Below are positions 1-8,319 of a stretch of DNA of 32,000 nt, piece by piece. The stretch covers positions 120,001 to 152,000 of the forward strand of contig NZ_CP011304.1 of the NCBI RefSeq assembly GCF_000981785.2, in the 5' to 3' direction. Within the stretch, counting starts at the first letter, position 1, and every line of letters begins with the position of its first letter. A model generated the notes under the pieces. It worked only from the letters and a program-made list of their open reading frames with translations. It was not told the DNA's origin and did not search any database. The position numbers were made by a program, and so were the translations under genes. The stretch comes from Microcystis aeruginosa NIES-2549. Lineage in GTDB: Bacteria; Cyanobacteriota; Cyanobacteriia; Cyanobacteriales; Microcystaceae.

Positions 1-1
1 A

Positions 2-385
2 ACCAATTTAGCTTGGTCCGCGATCGAACTTTTCGCCGAAGTTGGGCGATTTCCCCAGATGCTTCGCCAATTCTGTGATCAATACCGAGAGCTTGTGGCG
101 GCGGCAGATCGGGCGATCGAGGATTACGCCAGTAGTGTGGATAATTGGACAGTCAAGGGGACTATTTTCGGGGCGCAGGATCAATGTAATATCTTGCATT
201 TTTTTCTCAATGTCCACACGAAAAATTTTAAGTTTTTTAGAGGTGAAAATTGGACACCACAGCTAATCTGTGAATTTTTGCAAGAATGGAAGGGGATCGA
301 TCTTTTTTCTTTAATTGCAGATAATCAGGAACTTGTCGAGACAGGCAAAAACCCGCCCCTCGGTAAACAGCCGCTTTTCTATTAA
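2..385 (+). CDS. hypothetical protein, 5'-partial (frame open to window edge)
   Basis: The frame holding track ORF 59..385 has no stop back to nt 2, and ends at TAA 383-385. No family recognised. It has only 3 Cys, so it is not a HoxU/HoxF-type Fe-S subunit despite lying just upstream of hoxY. Confidence 0.4.
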   Translation, partial: TNLAWSAIELFAEVGRFPQMLRQFCDQYRELVAAADRAIEDYASSVDNWTVKGTIFGAQDQCNILHFFLNVHTKNFKFFRGENWTPQLICEFLQEWKGIDLFSLIADNQELVETGKNPPLGKQPLFY

Positions 386-413
386 GTAGGTAGGTGTTAA
401 AAATTGTCAGATA

Positions 414-481
414 CCCCCCTTATTAAGGGGGATCCCCCCGCCTATCGGCACCCCCCTTATCAAGGGGGGCAGGGGGGGATC
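414..481. repeat. cluster of C-run/G-run palindromes (C5TTA-t-TAAG5 at 415-431; G5ATC5 at 427-438; C6TT-atc-AAG6 at 451-469; G7ATC at 472-481)
   Basis: Read directly from the sequence. Three overlapping or adjacent perfect palindromes are built from C5-6/G5-7 runs in the 186-nt gap upstream of hoxY. Confidence 0.7.
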
Positions 482-571
482 GAAGGCAAAATCTATCTTC
501 TATTTAATTAGAACCACTTACTTAGCTAGTAATCACTATTGCCCAAACCTAACAATTAAGGAATTAAAATT

Positions 572-1120
572 ATGTCTAAAATTCGCTTCGCTACTGTCTG
601 GTTAGCTGGTTGTTCGGGATGCCATATGTCCTTCCTCGATTTGGATGAATGGCTGTTAGAATTAGCCGAAAAAGTTGACGTGGTGTATAGTCCCGTCGGC
701 TGCGATCTGAAAACCTATCCGGAAAATGTCGATGTCTGTTTAGTGGAAGGAGCGATCGCTAATCAGGATAATTTAGAACTAATTCATCTAGTCCGCCAAA
801 ATACCAAAACCGTCGTTTCTTTTGGTGATTGCGCCGTGACTGCTAACGTTCCCGCTATGCGGAATATGTTAGGAACTGCCGATCCCGTGCTAAAAAGAGC
901 TTATTTAGAGTTAGGAGATAACACACCTCAACTACCAGAAGAACCCGGTATCGTTCCCGAATTATTAGATCAAGTGCTGCCCGTCCATCAAGTCATTCCC
1001 ATCGATATTTTTATGCCGGGATGTCCCCCCGATGCGGACAGAATTCGCGAGACATTGATTCCGATTTTAAAAGGGGAATTACCCGTGATGGCAGGACGAG
1101 AAATGATTAAATTTGGTTAA
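572..1120 (+). CDS. hoxY: bidirectional [NiFe] hydrogenase small subunit HoxY
   Basis: 182 aa. The N-terminal RFATVWLAGCSGCHMSFLDLDE and C-terminal FMPGCPP cluster-ligand motifs are typical of HoxY. AAGGA lies about 10 nt upstream of the ATG. Confidence 0.85.
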   Translation: MSKIRFATVWLAGCSGCHMSFLDLDEWLLELAEKVDVVYSPVGCDLKTYPENVDVCLVEGAIANQDNLELIHLVRQNTKTVVSFGDCAVTANVPAMRNMLGTADPVLKRAYLELGDNTPQLPEEPGIVPELLDQVLPVHQVIPIDIFMPGCPPDADRIRETLIPILKGELPVMAGREMIKFG

Positions 1121-1125
1121 TTGAA

Positions 1126-1143
1126 TCAGTTATCAGTTATCAG
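1126..1143. repeat. heptanucleotide tandem repeat (TCAGTTA) x2.5
   Basis: Read directly. This unit is the reverse complement of the CTGATAA unit seen at 6441-6486. Confidence 0.7.
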
Positions 1144-1220
1144 ATTTGAGTTTTAAGTTTTGAGTGAGCAGTATGTATTAAGTGAGCCTCATCAAATGCC
1201 AGTTTGCTGCTGTCTTTTCG

Positions 1221-1254
1221 CTGATTACTGATTACTGTTTACTGATTACTGATT
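1221..1254. repeat. heptanucleotide tandem repeat (CTGATTA) x~5, with one CTGTTTA variant
   Basis: Read directly. It lies between the convergent hoxY and recG 3' ends. Confidence 0.85.
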
Positions 1255-1425
1255 GGGTGCATCTCACATTTATAGAAATACCGACAATCAGCAATTATCA
1301 GTGACTCCTAAATTATTACAGATGTGTCAGAGGCTGCGTGTAAGCATCCCACCGAAAAACTAATGCGCTCCGGGGTTTGGGGGGTTCTACCCCCCAAAAG
1401 CTTGGATTGAGTGATAAAATCGGAA

Positions 1426-1506
1426 GTAATACGGCCATCCGTTGAGTATGGGCTATGCAAAACGGAGAATAAATAATCAGTTTTTAATAACTGGATTTAG
1501 TATTAC
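1426..1506 (-). mobile_element. MITE-like repeat, copy A (reverse orientation)
   Basis: The reverse complement reads GTAATACTAAATCCAGTTATTAAAAACTGATTATTTATTCTCC...ATACTCAACGGATGGCCGTATTAC. It shares both ends and the core with copies at 8117-8202 and 30554-30663. Confidence 0.6.
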
Positions 1507-1525
1507 TGATCACTGAACATCTAAA

Positions 1526-3994
1526 TCAAGTTAAAATATCCGCTCCTAACATCCGTTGATATTTGGCTTCTAAAGCTTGTTTCAAATTGGGCAAAGTGAT
1601 TAAATGGGGATCATCTAACATAATTTTTTCGGCGGCATCTCTTGCCAAAACTAACACCTCTTGATCCTCGACTAAACTAGCGAGGGCAAAATCTGGTAAA
1701 CCCGATTGTCGTTGTCCTAAAACTTCCCCTGGACCGCGGAATCGCATATCCATTTCCGAGATAAAAAAGCCGTCTTGGGATTGTTCCAAAACCGTCAATC
1801 TTTGACGAGAATTAGCACTATTAGTGCCACTTAAAAGTAAACAATAGGATTGATGGGAACCTCTGCCGACGCGCCCCCGTAATTGATGTAATTGTGAAAG
1901 GCCAAAACGTTCGGCATTTTCAATTAACATCACCGTAGCATTGGGAACATCTACCCCCACTTCAATAACCGTAGTTGAGACAATAATTTGTAGAATATTA
2001 TCGCGAAAAGCTGTTAAGATTTCCTCTTTTTCGGCGGAACTCATGCGACCATGGAGTAAACCGATATTAAAATTGGGAAAAATCTTTTCTGATAAATTTT
2101 GATATTCTTCCACCGCAGCCCTTACATCTAATTTTTCCGATTCTTCAATCAAGGGAAAAATCACATAAGCTTGTCTGCCTTGGGCAATTTCACGGCGAAT
2201 TAAATCATAGGCAGCCCTTCTTTGATTGCCATTTAAAGCGGTGGTTTGAATCGGTTGTCTGCCGGGGGGTAATTCGTCAATTTGACTCACATCTAAATCC
2301 CCATGGAGGGTTAAAGCTAAAGTACGGGGAATCGGTGTTGCTGTCATGGTTAAAACGTGGGGAGACTCTCCTTTGCTTAATAATCTTGCCCTTTGTTGTA
2401 CCCCAAAGCGATGCTGTTCATCAATAACAACTAACCCCAATTTGCGGAAATTAACTGCATCTTGAATTAGGGCATGAGTTCCCACTAAAAGTGGTAATTC
2501 TCCTGTCTCCAATTGGGCGTGAATTTCTCGTCGTTTAGCGGTTTTTGTGGAACCAGTTAATAATTCTACGGGTAAATGTAAGAGATTAAACCAGCTAACT
2601 AACTTACGATAATGTTGTTCTGCTAAAACTTCCGTGGGAGCCATTAATGCCGCTTGATAACCAGATTGTAGGGCTGCTAAAATAGCATAAACTCCCACAA
2701 TTGTTTTGCCAGAACCCACATCCCCCTGCACGAGACGATTCATCGGGGTGCTAGAATCTAAATCCTCTAAAATTTCCTCAATAACTCGTTTTTGAGCATT
2801 GGTTAATTGAAAGGGAATTATCTGATTAAATTGATCGATTAATTGACCCCTAGCACTAAAAACGGCACTTTTCTGTGTCTGACGATACTGTTGCCGCCGC
2901 CGCAGAAAACCCAATTGTAAAAAGAAGAATTCATCAAAGACTAATCGCCGTCGCGCTTGACTGAGGCTCTCGGCATTATTGGGGAAATGAATGTTAGTAA
3001 TTGCTGTTTTTAAATCGATTAATCCGTATTGTTTTCTTAGACCGAAAGGTAGGGGATCTTTTATCGCCTCTACTGCCCCAAAAGCGGCGATTACAGCCTT
3101 TCTAATTAGGTCGGCGGGTACTCCATCGCTGAGGGGATAAACCGGCAGAATACGCCCGATTTTTAAGGACTCAATACTTGCTCCAGAACTGTCTAATAAT
3201 TCAAATTCAGGATTTTCTAAAGTTACCCCATATTTTCCCGCTTTGACTAAACCACTAACCGCCACCACTGAACCGACGGTATAGAGTTTTTTTTGTCCTT
3301 CCTGCCAAGCACGATTAGTATAGCGAGTTCCCGCATAAAAACGGTTTAATTTTATCTGTCCAGTGCGATCCTGTAAGAGCAATTCAAAGATAGCTAACTT
3401 GGTATTTTTGGGGCTAGTAAAACAATTACAGCGCTTGACATTCCCCACTAAAGTTACCGTTTCCCCCTCGGTTAAATTAGCGATATTGACTTGACGACTG
3501 TAATCAATATGATCCCGGGGATAATAATATAATAAATCTTCAACTTTGTGGAGGTTTAATCTTTCTAAAAGACCAGCTTTTCTCTCTCCCACTTCCGCTA
3601 GATATTTCAAGGGTTGTTCGAGGGTAACTTGCCGTGGAGAATTAGCCTTTGCCGTGATGGGAGTGGTATTAATAATTTTCGCCGCAGCTGCTTCTTTTGG
3701 TGCGGGGGTTGCTTCTAAAGTTTGCCGTAATTGTTGCAAAAAATTGCGAGTTTCGGCGACTAATTGTTGTCTTTGTTGAGGATTAAATTGGGGATATTGG
3801 GCAAATTTTTGGGCTAATTCTCGCCAGCGATTTCTCTCACTGGTGGCAATTCCCACGGGAGGATTATCCCCGAAACTAAGACAGAAAAACTCGCTAAAAC
3901 GGTATTGATTTCCCTGAAGATCTGGATAACCTTTTTCCGCTTCTACAGATAAGGCTTTTTGTAATCTCACCCAGTCGGGTATTTCCCCTTTCAT
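1526..3994 (-). CDS. recG: ATP-dependent DNA helicase RecG
   Basis: 822 aa. It has SF2 helicase motifs GDVGSGKT, VIDEQHRFG, TATPIPRT and QLHQLRGRVGRG, plus a long N-terminal wedge region as in cyanobacterial RecG. Confidence 0.95.
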   Translation of the reverse strand: MKGEIPDWVRLQKALSVEAEKGYPDLQGNQYRFSEFFCLSFGDNPPVGIATSERNRWRELAQKFAQYPQFNPQQRQQLVAETRNFLQQLRQTLEATPAPKEAAAAKIINTTPITAKANSPRQVTLEQPLKYLAEVGERKAGLLERLNLHKVEDLLYYYPRDHIDYSRQVNIANLTEGETVTLVGNVKRCNCFTSPKNTKLAIFELLLQDRTGQIKLNRFYAGTRYTNRAWQEGQKKLYTVGSVVAVSGLVKAGKYGVTLENPEFELLDSSGASIESLKIGRILPVYPLSDGVPADLIRKAVIAAFGAVEAIKDPLPFGLRKQYGLIDLKTAITNIHFPNNAESLSQARRRLVFDEFFFLQLGFLRRRQQYRQTQKSAVFSARGQLIDQFNQIIPFQLTNAQKRVIEEILEDLDSSTPMNRLVQGDVGSGKTIVGVYAILAALQSGYQAALMAPTEVLAEQHYRKLVSWFNLLHLPVELLTGSTKTAKRREIHAQLETGELPLLVGTHALIQDAVNFRKLGLVVIDEQHRFGVQQRARLLSKGESPHVLTMTATPIPRTLALTLHGDLDVSQIDELPPGRQPIQTTALNGNQRRAAYDLIRREIAQGRQAYVIFPLIEESEKLDVRAAVEEYQNLSEKIFPNFNIGLLHGRMSSAEKEEILTAFRDNILQIIVSTTVIEVGVDVPNATVMLIENAERFGLSQLHQLRGRVGRGSHQSYCLLLSGTNSANSRQRLTVLEQSQDGFFISEMDMRFRGPGEVLGQRQSGLPDFALASLVEDQEVLVLARDAAEKIMLDDPHLITLPNLKQALEAKYQRMLGADILT

Positions 3995-4061
3995 AATTGC
4001 CTCTTGACTCCAAATTTCCTAGTATTATGTTTCCCTAATACCTCTGTTTAATTATAACTGA

Positions 4062-4949
4062 TTAATCATACCAACTACTGCGCCACGCCGCTTCCGCTTG
4101 AGCGATAGTATATTCTTTGCGAATACGATGATATTGTTCTCCTAGACGATTTAATTTTTCCCAAAGGGAGCGAATTTGATTTCTTTCGACACTTAAGCGC
4201 GTATCAGCAAATTCCAGTTCAGCCATTCGTAGATGAATCGCCGTTACTTTAGTAACTTTGCCGCTTGAAAAATCCTTATCATCCCCATCATCTTGATCTT
4301 TTTCTTCCTCTAGTTCAGGGTTTTTAGCCTCCACTAGAATGTTTAACATATTATTTCCTCCACCTAGAGACTGTCCTTCTTCTCCCGCTTCAATTGCCAT
4401 ATCGATAATTTGACTGGGTAGATGAGGGGGAAGAATATAAGCTTTTTGTAGTTGCTGATTAATTTGTTTAGAGAGATGATTGAGAATCTCGATACAGTTT
4501 TTTTCCAGCACTCGACAACAATGGAGTAAAATATCGGGGTTATTAATCTCTCCAGTTGCGGCTAGATTTTCCGGTTTGTTTAGAAAAAGTTTCCAGAAAT
4601 CTGGGGTGTTAACTGTCTCTGCTGGACTTTTTGGCAATCCTACCCCTGAAAATGCCCCTCGATCGAAGCTCTGCTCGCCCAATTGCTGTAAACTAGCCTT
4701 AGCCTCTTGTCCTAGAGTTTTGATCTCCTCTTGCAGTTTCTGACGATTGCTGTGGGAGAGAGCCAGAAATTCCCCCCCATAGTAACGGGTACAGATATAA
4801 TACACTGCCCCGATCGCCTGTTTATAGAGAGATTCTCCGAGTAAATCAAGATAAATTCGGTATTTTTCTCGCATTCTTTCGGCTAAATTTGCCACTTCCG
4901 TTTCTATGTTCTTTAAATCTTGTTGTAGCTTGTTCAGTCTTCCAGTCAT
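4062..4949 (-). CDS. hypothetical coiled-coil protein (upstream of and co-directional with recG, 67-nt gap)
   Basis: 295-aa ORF with heptad-like charged N- and C-terminal segments and an acidic EEEKDQDDGDDKD stretch. No family recognised. Confidence 0.55.
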   Translation of the reverse strand: MTGRLNKLQQDLKNIETEVANLAERMREKYRIYLDLLGESLYKQAIGAVYYICTRYYGGEFLALSHSNRQKLQEEIKTLGQEAKASLQQLGEQSFDRGAFSGVGLPKSPAETVNTPDFWKLFLNKPENLAATGEINNPDILLHCCRVLEKNCIEILNHLSKQINQQLQKAYILPPHLPSQIIDMAIEAGEEGQSLGGGNNMLNILVEAKNPELEEEKDQDDGDDKDFSSGKVTKVTAIHLRMAELEFADTRLSVERNQIRSLWEKLNRLGEQYHRIRKEYTIAQAEAAWRSSWYD

Positions 4950-5272
4950 AGAAATTTTACCGAGGGAGAAGTTAGCGATCGGCGAATTCTATTATAGCGA
5001 CTCACTGTCAGCTATAGCGCCCTGACATGGGGGAGATGCTCAGACGAAAAGAAGGTAAACTGGAATCTATGCCGCGTTGATCGTCTTTAAATTTCACTGT
5101 AGAACAAATTGCTCAAGCCTTGGACTTAACTGTAGAAAAAGTGCGAGAAATACCAGAAACCCATTAAGCTAATCTAGCAGTAAGCTATGACAGCGTTTCT
5201 GATTAAGATAAAGTTTAACCTAATTTGCTATCGACCACCGACTCCTCAAAACGATAACTTCCTACCTCACCT

Positions 5273-6343
5273 ATGACTAGCACTCCTTCAGCTTCTTTAA
5301 AATTTAAAAAAACAAAAATTACTGACACAAATATCACTCTTTCCCATGGCAGTGGTGGCAAAGCAATGCGGGATTTAATTAACGAGATATTCGTTAATAA
5401 CTTTGATAATAACCTACTGGCACCCCTTGAAGATCAAGCACGATTTGAGATTAAAGATTTAGCTAAAATGGGTGATCGCTTGGCATTTACCACCGATTCC
5501 TATGTGGTTTCTCCCCTCTTCTTTCCGGGGGGTGATATTGGCAGTTTAGCAGTCAATGGAACCGTTAATGATTTGGCTGTCGGTGGCGCAATTCCTCTCT
5601 ATCTCAGTTGTAGTTTTATCCTCGAAGAAGGTTTATCTATCGACACCCTAAAAACCATCGTTACCAGCATGAAAATAGCCGCCGAAAAAGCAGCGGTAAA
5701 AATCGTTACCGGTGATACAAAAGTCGTTCCCAGGGGACAAGGGGATCAAATATTTATTAATACCTCTGGAGTCGGAGTAATTCCGGCCCGAATCAATTCC
5801 GGGGCGAATAATTTACAAGTTGGCGATCGCATTTTGCTGAACGGTTTTCTGGGGGATCACGGCGCCGCCATTCTGATTGCTAGGGGCGAATTAGACCTAC
5901 AATGCACAATCGAAAGCGATTGTCAAGCCCTGAATTCTTTAATTTCTGCAATTCTGGCCGTTTGCCCGGAAGTTAAAGCGATGCGGGATGCCACTAGGGG
6001 CGGATTAGCCACAGTTTTAAACGAATTCGCCCAAAGTTCAGGGGTGGGAATACAGGTACAGGAAACGGCGATCCCCATCCGGGAAGAAGTGCGAGGAATG
6101 TGCGAATTATTGGGCTTAGAACCGCTTTATCTGGCAAATGAGGGCAAATTAGTCCTTGTCGTGCCACCAGAGGCGGAAAATCGCGTTTTAGCAGTGATGC
6201 GCTCCCATCCTGACGGTAAAAATGCCGCTTCTATCGGGGAAGTCGTCGCTTCTTCCCCCAATTTAGTTTACTTAAAAACCCCTTTCGGCACGAAAAGGAT
6301 TCTCGATATGTTAGTCGGTGAACAATTACCGAGAATATGTTAA
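5273..6343 (+). CDS. hypE: hydrogenase maturation protein HypE
   Basis: 356 aa, PurM/AIR-synthase-like. The sequence ends ...GEQLPRIC, with the C-terminal Cys characteristic of HypE. Confidence 0.9.
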   Translation: MTSTPSASLKFKKTKITDTNITLSHGSGGKAMRDLINEIFVNNFDNNLLAPLEDQARFEIKDLAKMGDRLAFTTDSYVVSPLFFPGGDIGSLAVNGTVNDLAVGGAIPLYLSCSFILEEGLSIDTLKTIVTSMKIAAEKAAVKIVTGDTKVVPRGQGDQIFINTSGVGVIPARINSGANNLQVGDRILLNGFLGDHGAAILIARGELDLQCTIESDCQALNSLISAILAVCPEVKAMRDATRGGLATVLNEFAQSSGVGIQVQETAIPIREEVRGMCELLGLEPLYLANEGKLVLVVPPEAENRVLAVMRSHPDGKNAASIGEVVASSPNLVYLKTPFGTKRILDMLVGEQLPRIC

Positions 6344-6440
6344 TTAGACAGGAGACAGTTTTAAAGGAAAAAGTGAAAACTAAAAAAACAGATAGTTGGG
6401 GTTTTGGGGTTTTAGTTGAAATTTCCCTGCTCTCTTCTCC

Positions 6441-6486
6441 CTGATAACTGATAACTGATAACTGATAACTGATAACTGATAACTGA
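6441..6486. repeat. heptanucleotide tandem repeat (CTGATAA) x6.5
   Basis: Read directly. The array ends 2 nt before the hypA ATG (6489). Confidence 0.95.
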
Positions 6487-6488
6487 AA

Positions 6489-6833
6489 ATGCACGAACTA
6501 GGAATCACCCAAAATATTATCGAACTTGCCTTAGAACATTCCCGAGGAATGAAAGTTAAGCGCGTGGTGTTAGAGATTGGTAAACTAACGGCAATTATGC
6601 CAGAATCGATCGCTTTTTGTTTTGATACCTGTTGTCAAGGTACTAATATAGAGGGGGCAATGTTAGAGATTATGGAAATTTCTGGTTTAGGACAGTGCCA
6701 AGATTGCGGAAATGAGCTAGAACTAGAATATCCCTACGGAATCTGCGATCGATGTGGTAGTCGTAATATAATCATTTTACAGGGTCAAGAATTAAATCTC
6801 AAATCCTTGGAGACAGAATCCTTATGTGTGTAA
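6489..6833 (+). CDS. hypA: hydrogenase nickel-insertion protein HypA
   Basis: 114 aa. It has an N-terminal MHE Ni-binding motif and a CxxC-X12-CxxC zinc site (CQDCG...CDRCG). Confidence 0.9.
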   Translation: MHELGITQNIIELALEHSRGMKVKRVVLEIGKLTAIMPESIAFCFDTCCQGTNIEGAMLEIMEISGLGQCQDCGNELELEYPYGICDRCGSRNIIILQGQELNLKSLETESLCV

Positions 6834-7636
6834 CCTGTGGTTGTTCTGATAACTCGGAAGTAACGTTAACTAATCCGCAAACGGGAACCCATGAACATAT
6901 TTTAGCCGATGGTACTGTTATTAGTCATAGCCATCACGATCACGATCATGAGCATCCCCATCATCCTGCGGAAATTCACGCTCAAATTCATGGTAACATT
7001 CTCCAAGTTGAGCAAAATCTGCTGGCAAAAAATAATCTGTTAGCGGCACAAAATCGCGGTTGGTTGAAGGGTAGAAAAACTGTTGCCCTTAATCTGGTTT
7101 CTTCCCCTGGTTCGGGAAAAACTACCCTGTTAACTCGCACAATTGCCGATTTAAAAACCACTATTCCTATCAGTGTCATTGAGGGAGATCAAGCAACAGC
7201 TAATGATGCCCAAAAAATTAGTGAAACCGGTTGTCAGGTTATCCAAATTAATACTGGAACCGGTTGTCATTTAGAAGCATCAATGGTAGAGAGAGGATTA
7301 ATCGAACTCGATCCACCGATGAATTCTTTAGTGATGATCGAAAATGTCGGTAATCTAGTTTGTCCTGCTTTATTTGATTTGGGAGAAAATGCCAAAGTTG
7401 TCATTCTTTCCGTCACAGAAGGAGAAGATAAACCGATTAAATATCCCTATATGTTCCACGCTTCTCAAGTCATGATCTTGACAAAAATAGACCTACTACC
7501 CTACGTTAATTTTAACCTCGATCGCTGTTTAGATTACGCCTATCAAGTTAATCCCAATCTGAAAGTTTTTCAAGTTTCTGCTACCACTGGAGAAGGTTTA
7601 GATGCTTGGTACAGCTGGTTAAAATCACTGGTTTAA
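6824..7636 (+). CDS. hypB: hydrogenase nickel-incorporation GTPase HypB
   Basis: 270 aa. It has an N-terminal MCVTCGCS (CxxCGC) motif, a His-rich tract HSHHDHDHEHPHHPAEIH and the P-loop SSPGSGKTT. Its ATG overlaps the hypA 3' end by 10 nt. Confidence 0.92.
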   Translation: MCVTCGCSDNSEVTLTNPQTGTHEHILADGTVISHSHHDHDHEHPHHPAEIHAQIHGNILQVEQNLLAKNNLLAAQNRGWLKGRKTVALNLVSSPGSGKTTLLTRTIADLKTTIPISVIEGDQATANDAQKISETGCQVIQINTGTGCHLEASMVERGLIELDPPMNSLVMIENVGNLVCPALFDLGENAKVVILSVTEGEDKPIKYPYMFHASQVMILTKIDLLPYVNFNLDRCLDYAYQVNPNLKVFQVSATTGEGLDAWYSWLKSLV

Positions 7637-7674
7637 GTTAAGCAGTAACAGCGCGTCATCTTCTCCTTAATCTA

Positions 7675-7959
7675 ATTAGTAAACAGGAGCGACTACCAGA
7701 AGAAACCGCGATGGTTAAATTAATGGCGACAATTATTAAGGATTTTGATGCCAAACAACCTCAACCCGAACCAGCTTCACCGAGGGAAGTATTATTACAC
7801 TTAATGTCAGCTAACAACATGAAACAAGCTGATTTAGTTGGTAAAATTGGTTCTAAGGGTGTGGTTTCAGAAATTGTTAAAGGCAAGCGATCAATTAGTA
7901 AAGCTCAAGGGAAAATTTTAGGAGAGACTTTCAATGTTTCCCCCAGTGTATTCATTTAA
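7675..7959 (+). pseudogene. 5'-truncated HigA/COG5499-type HTH antitoxin remnant
   Basis: The C-terminal part (NMKQADLVGKIGSKGVVSEIVKGKRSISKAQGKILGETFNVSPSVFI) matches the HTH half of HigA-like antitoxins as I recall them. The frame stays open upstream of the track ATG only to a TAA at 7672-7674, so the usual N-terminal 30-50 aa are missing. No toxin gene fits in the 75 nt after hypB. Confidence 0.45.
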
Positions 7960-7976
7960 TTCTTTATTAGTTGTTA

Positions 7977-8120
7977 ATGAAAACAACCGTCATTGTTCCC
8001 CCGATTAAATGTCAAGGTATCAAAACTAAACTGGTATCATCGATTAAAAGTTTAGCGGATCAGCAAAACTTTGATCGCTGGATAGAAACCTTTTGTGGCC
8101 TGGAGTTGGTAGCTTTTAAT
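7977..8120 (+). pseudogene. N-terminal fragment of a Dam-family (M.EcoRV/T4 Dam-like) N6-adenine DNA methyltransferase
   Basis: MKTTVIVPPIKCQGIKTKLVSSIK...WIETFCGLELVAFN resembles the M.EcoRV N terminus as I recall it (VPPIKSQGIKTKLV...EPFMGTGVVAFN). Motif I (FxGxG) has decayed to FCGLE. Homology stops at about codon 48, where MITE copy B begins, and no continuation appears downstream. Confidence 0.5.
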
Positions 8121-8202
8121 TTATACGAAATCCAGTTATTAAAAACTGATTATTTATTGCCTCTCCTGATATGTAGCCTATACTCAACGGATTTAGTATT
8201 AT
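8117..8202 (+). mobile_element. MITE-like repeat, copy B
   Basis: TAATTTATACGAAATCCAGTTATTAAAAACTGATTATTTATT...ATACTCAACGGATTTAGTATTA. The terminal inverted repeats are imperfect and about 13 nt long (TTATACGAAATCC vs GGATTTAGTATTA). This copy supplies the last codons and the stop of track ORF 7971..8219. Confidence 0.65.
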
Positions 8203-8319
8203 TTGTAGAAGACTACTAGGGGTGTGTAGGGACATGATGCGAAGCTACCAGCAGCCTTGTGCATTCATGACCCTACACCTATTGGGACCTTCGTCAGGCA
8301 CTAACAATAAGGCTGACTT

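Noticed and set aside
8-266. ORFs 8..217(-) and 42..266(+) at the window start.
   Set aside because: They overlap the longer edge-open frame (2..385) and have no motifs. They are most likely shadow frames.
5081-5167. A short open frame ending ...VEQIAQALDLTVEKVREIPETH*, which resembles the C-terminal HTH-like tail of some cyanobacterial Rpn/DUF4351-type proteins.
   Set aside because: It is only about 28 codons between stops with no start codon. That is too short to call as a gene or to assign as a remnant with any confidence.
5257-5271. A 15-mer, ACTTCCTACCTCACC, shared between the hypE leader (5257-5271) and 30169-30183. A 14-mer, AACCACTTACTTAG, is also shared between the hoxY leader (512-525) and the trkA leader (27176-27189).
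   Set aside because: For a 32-kb window on both strands, roughly one chance 15-mer match and a few chance 14-mer matches are expected (about 1e9 position pairs against 4^15 or 4^14). These are not significant on their own.
6398-6413. GGGGTTTTGGGGTTTT (telomere-like G4T4 x2) between hypE and hypA.
   Set aside because: Only two G-tracts are present, too few for an intramolecular G-quadruplex. There is no repeat beyond two units.
6441-6486. Whether the tandem repeat arrays (here and at 1221, 22623, 22762, 31952) could be CRISPR arrays.
   Set aside because: The units are 7 nt, contiguous and have no spacers. No cas genes are in the window. They are STRR-type microsatellites, not CRISPRs.
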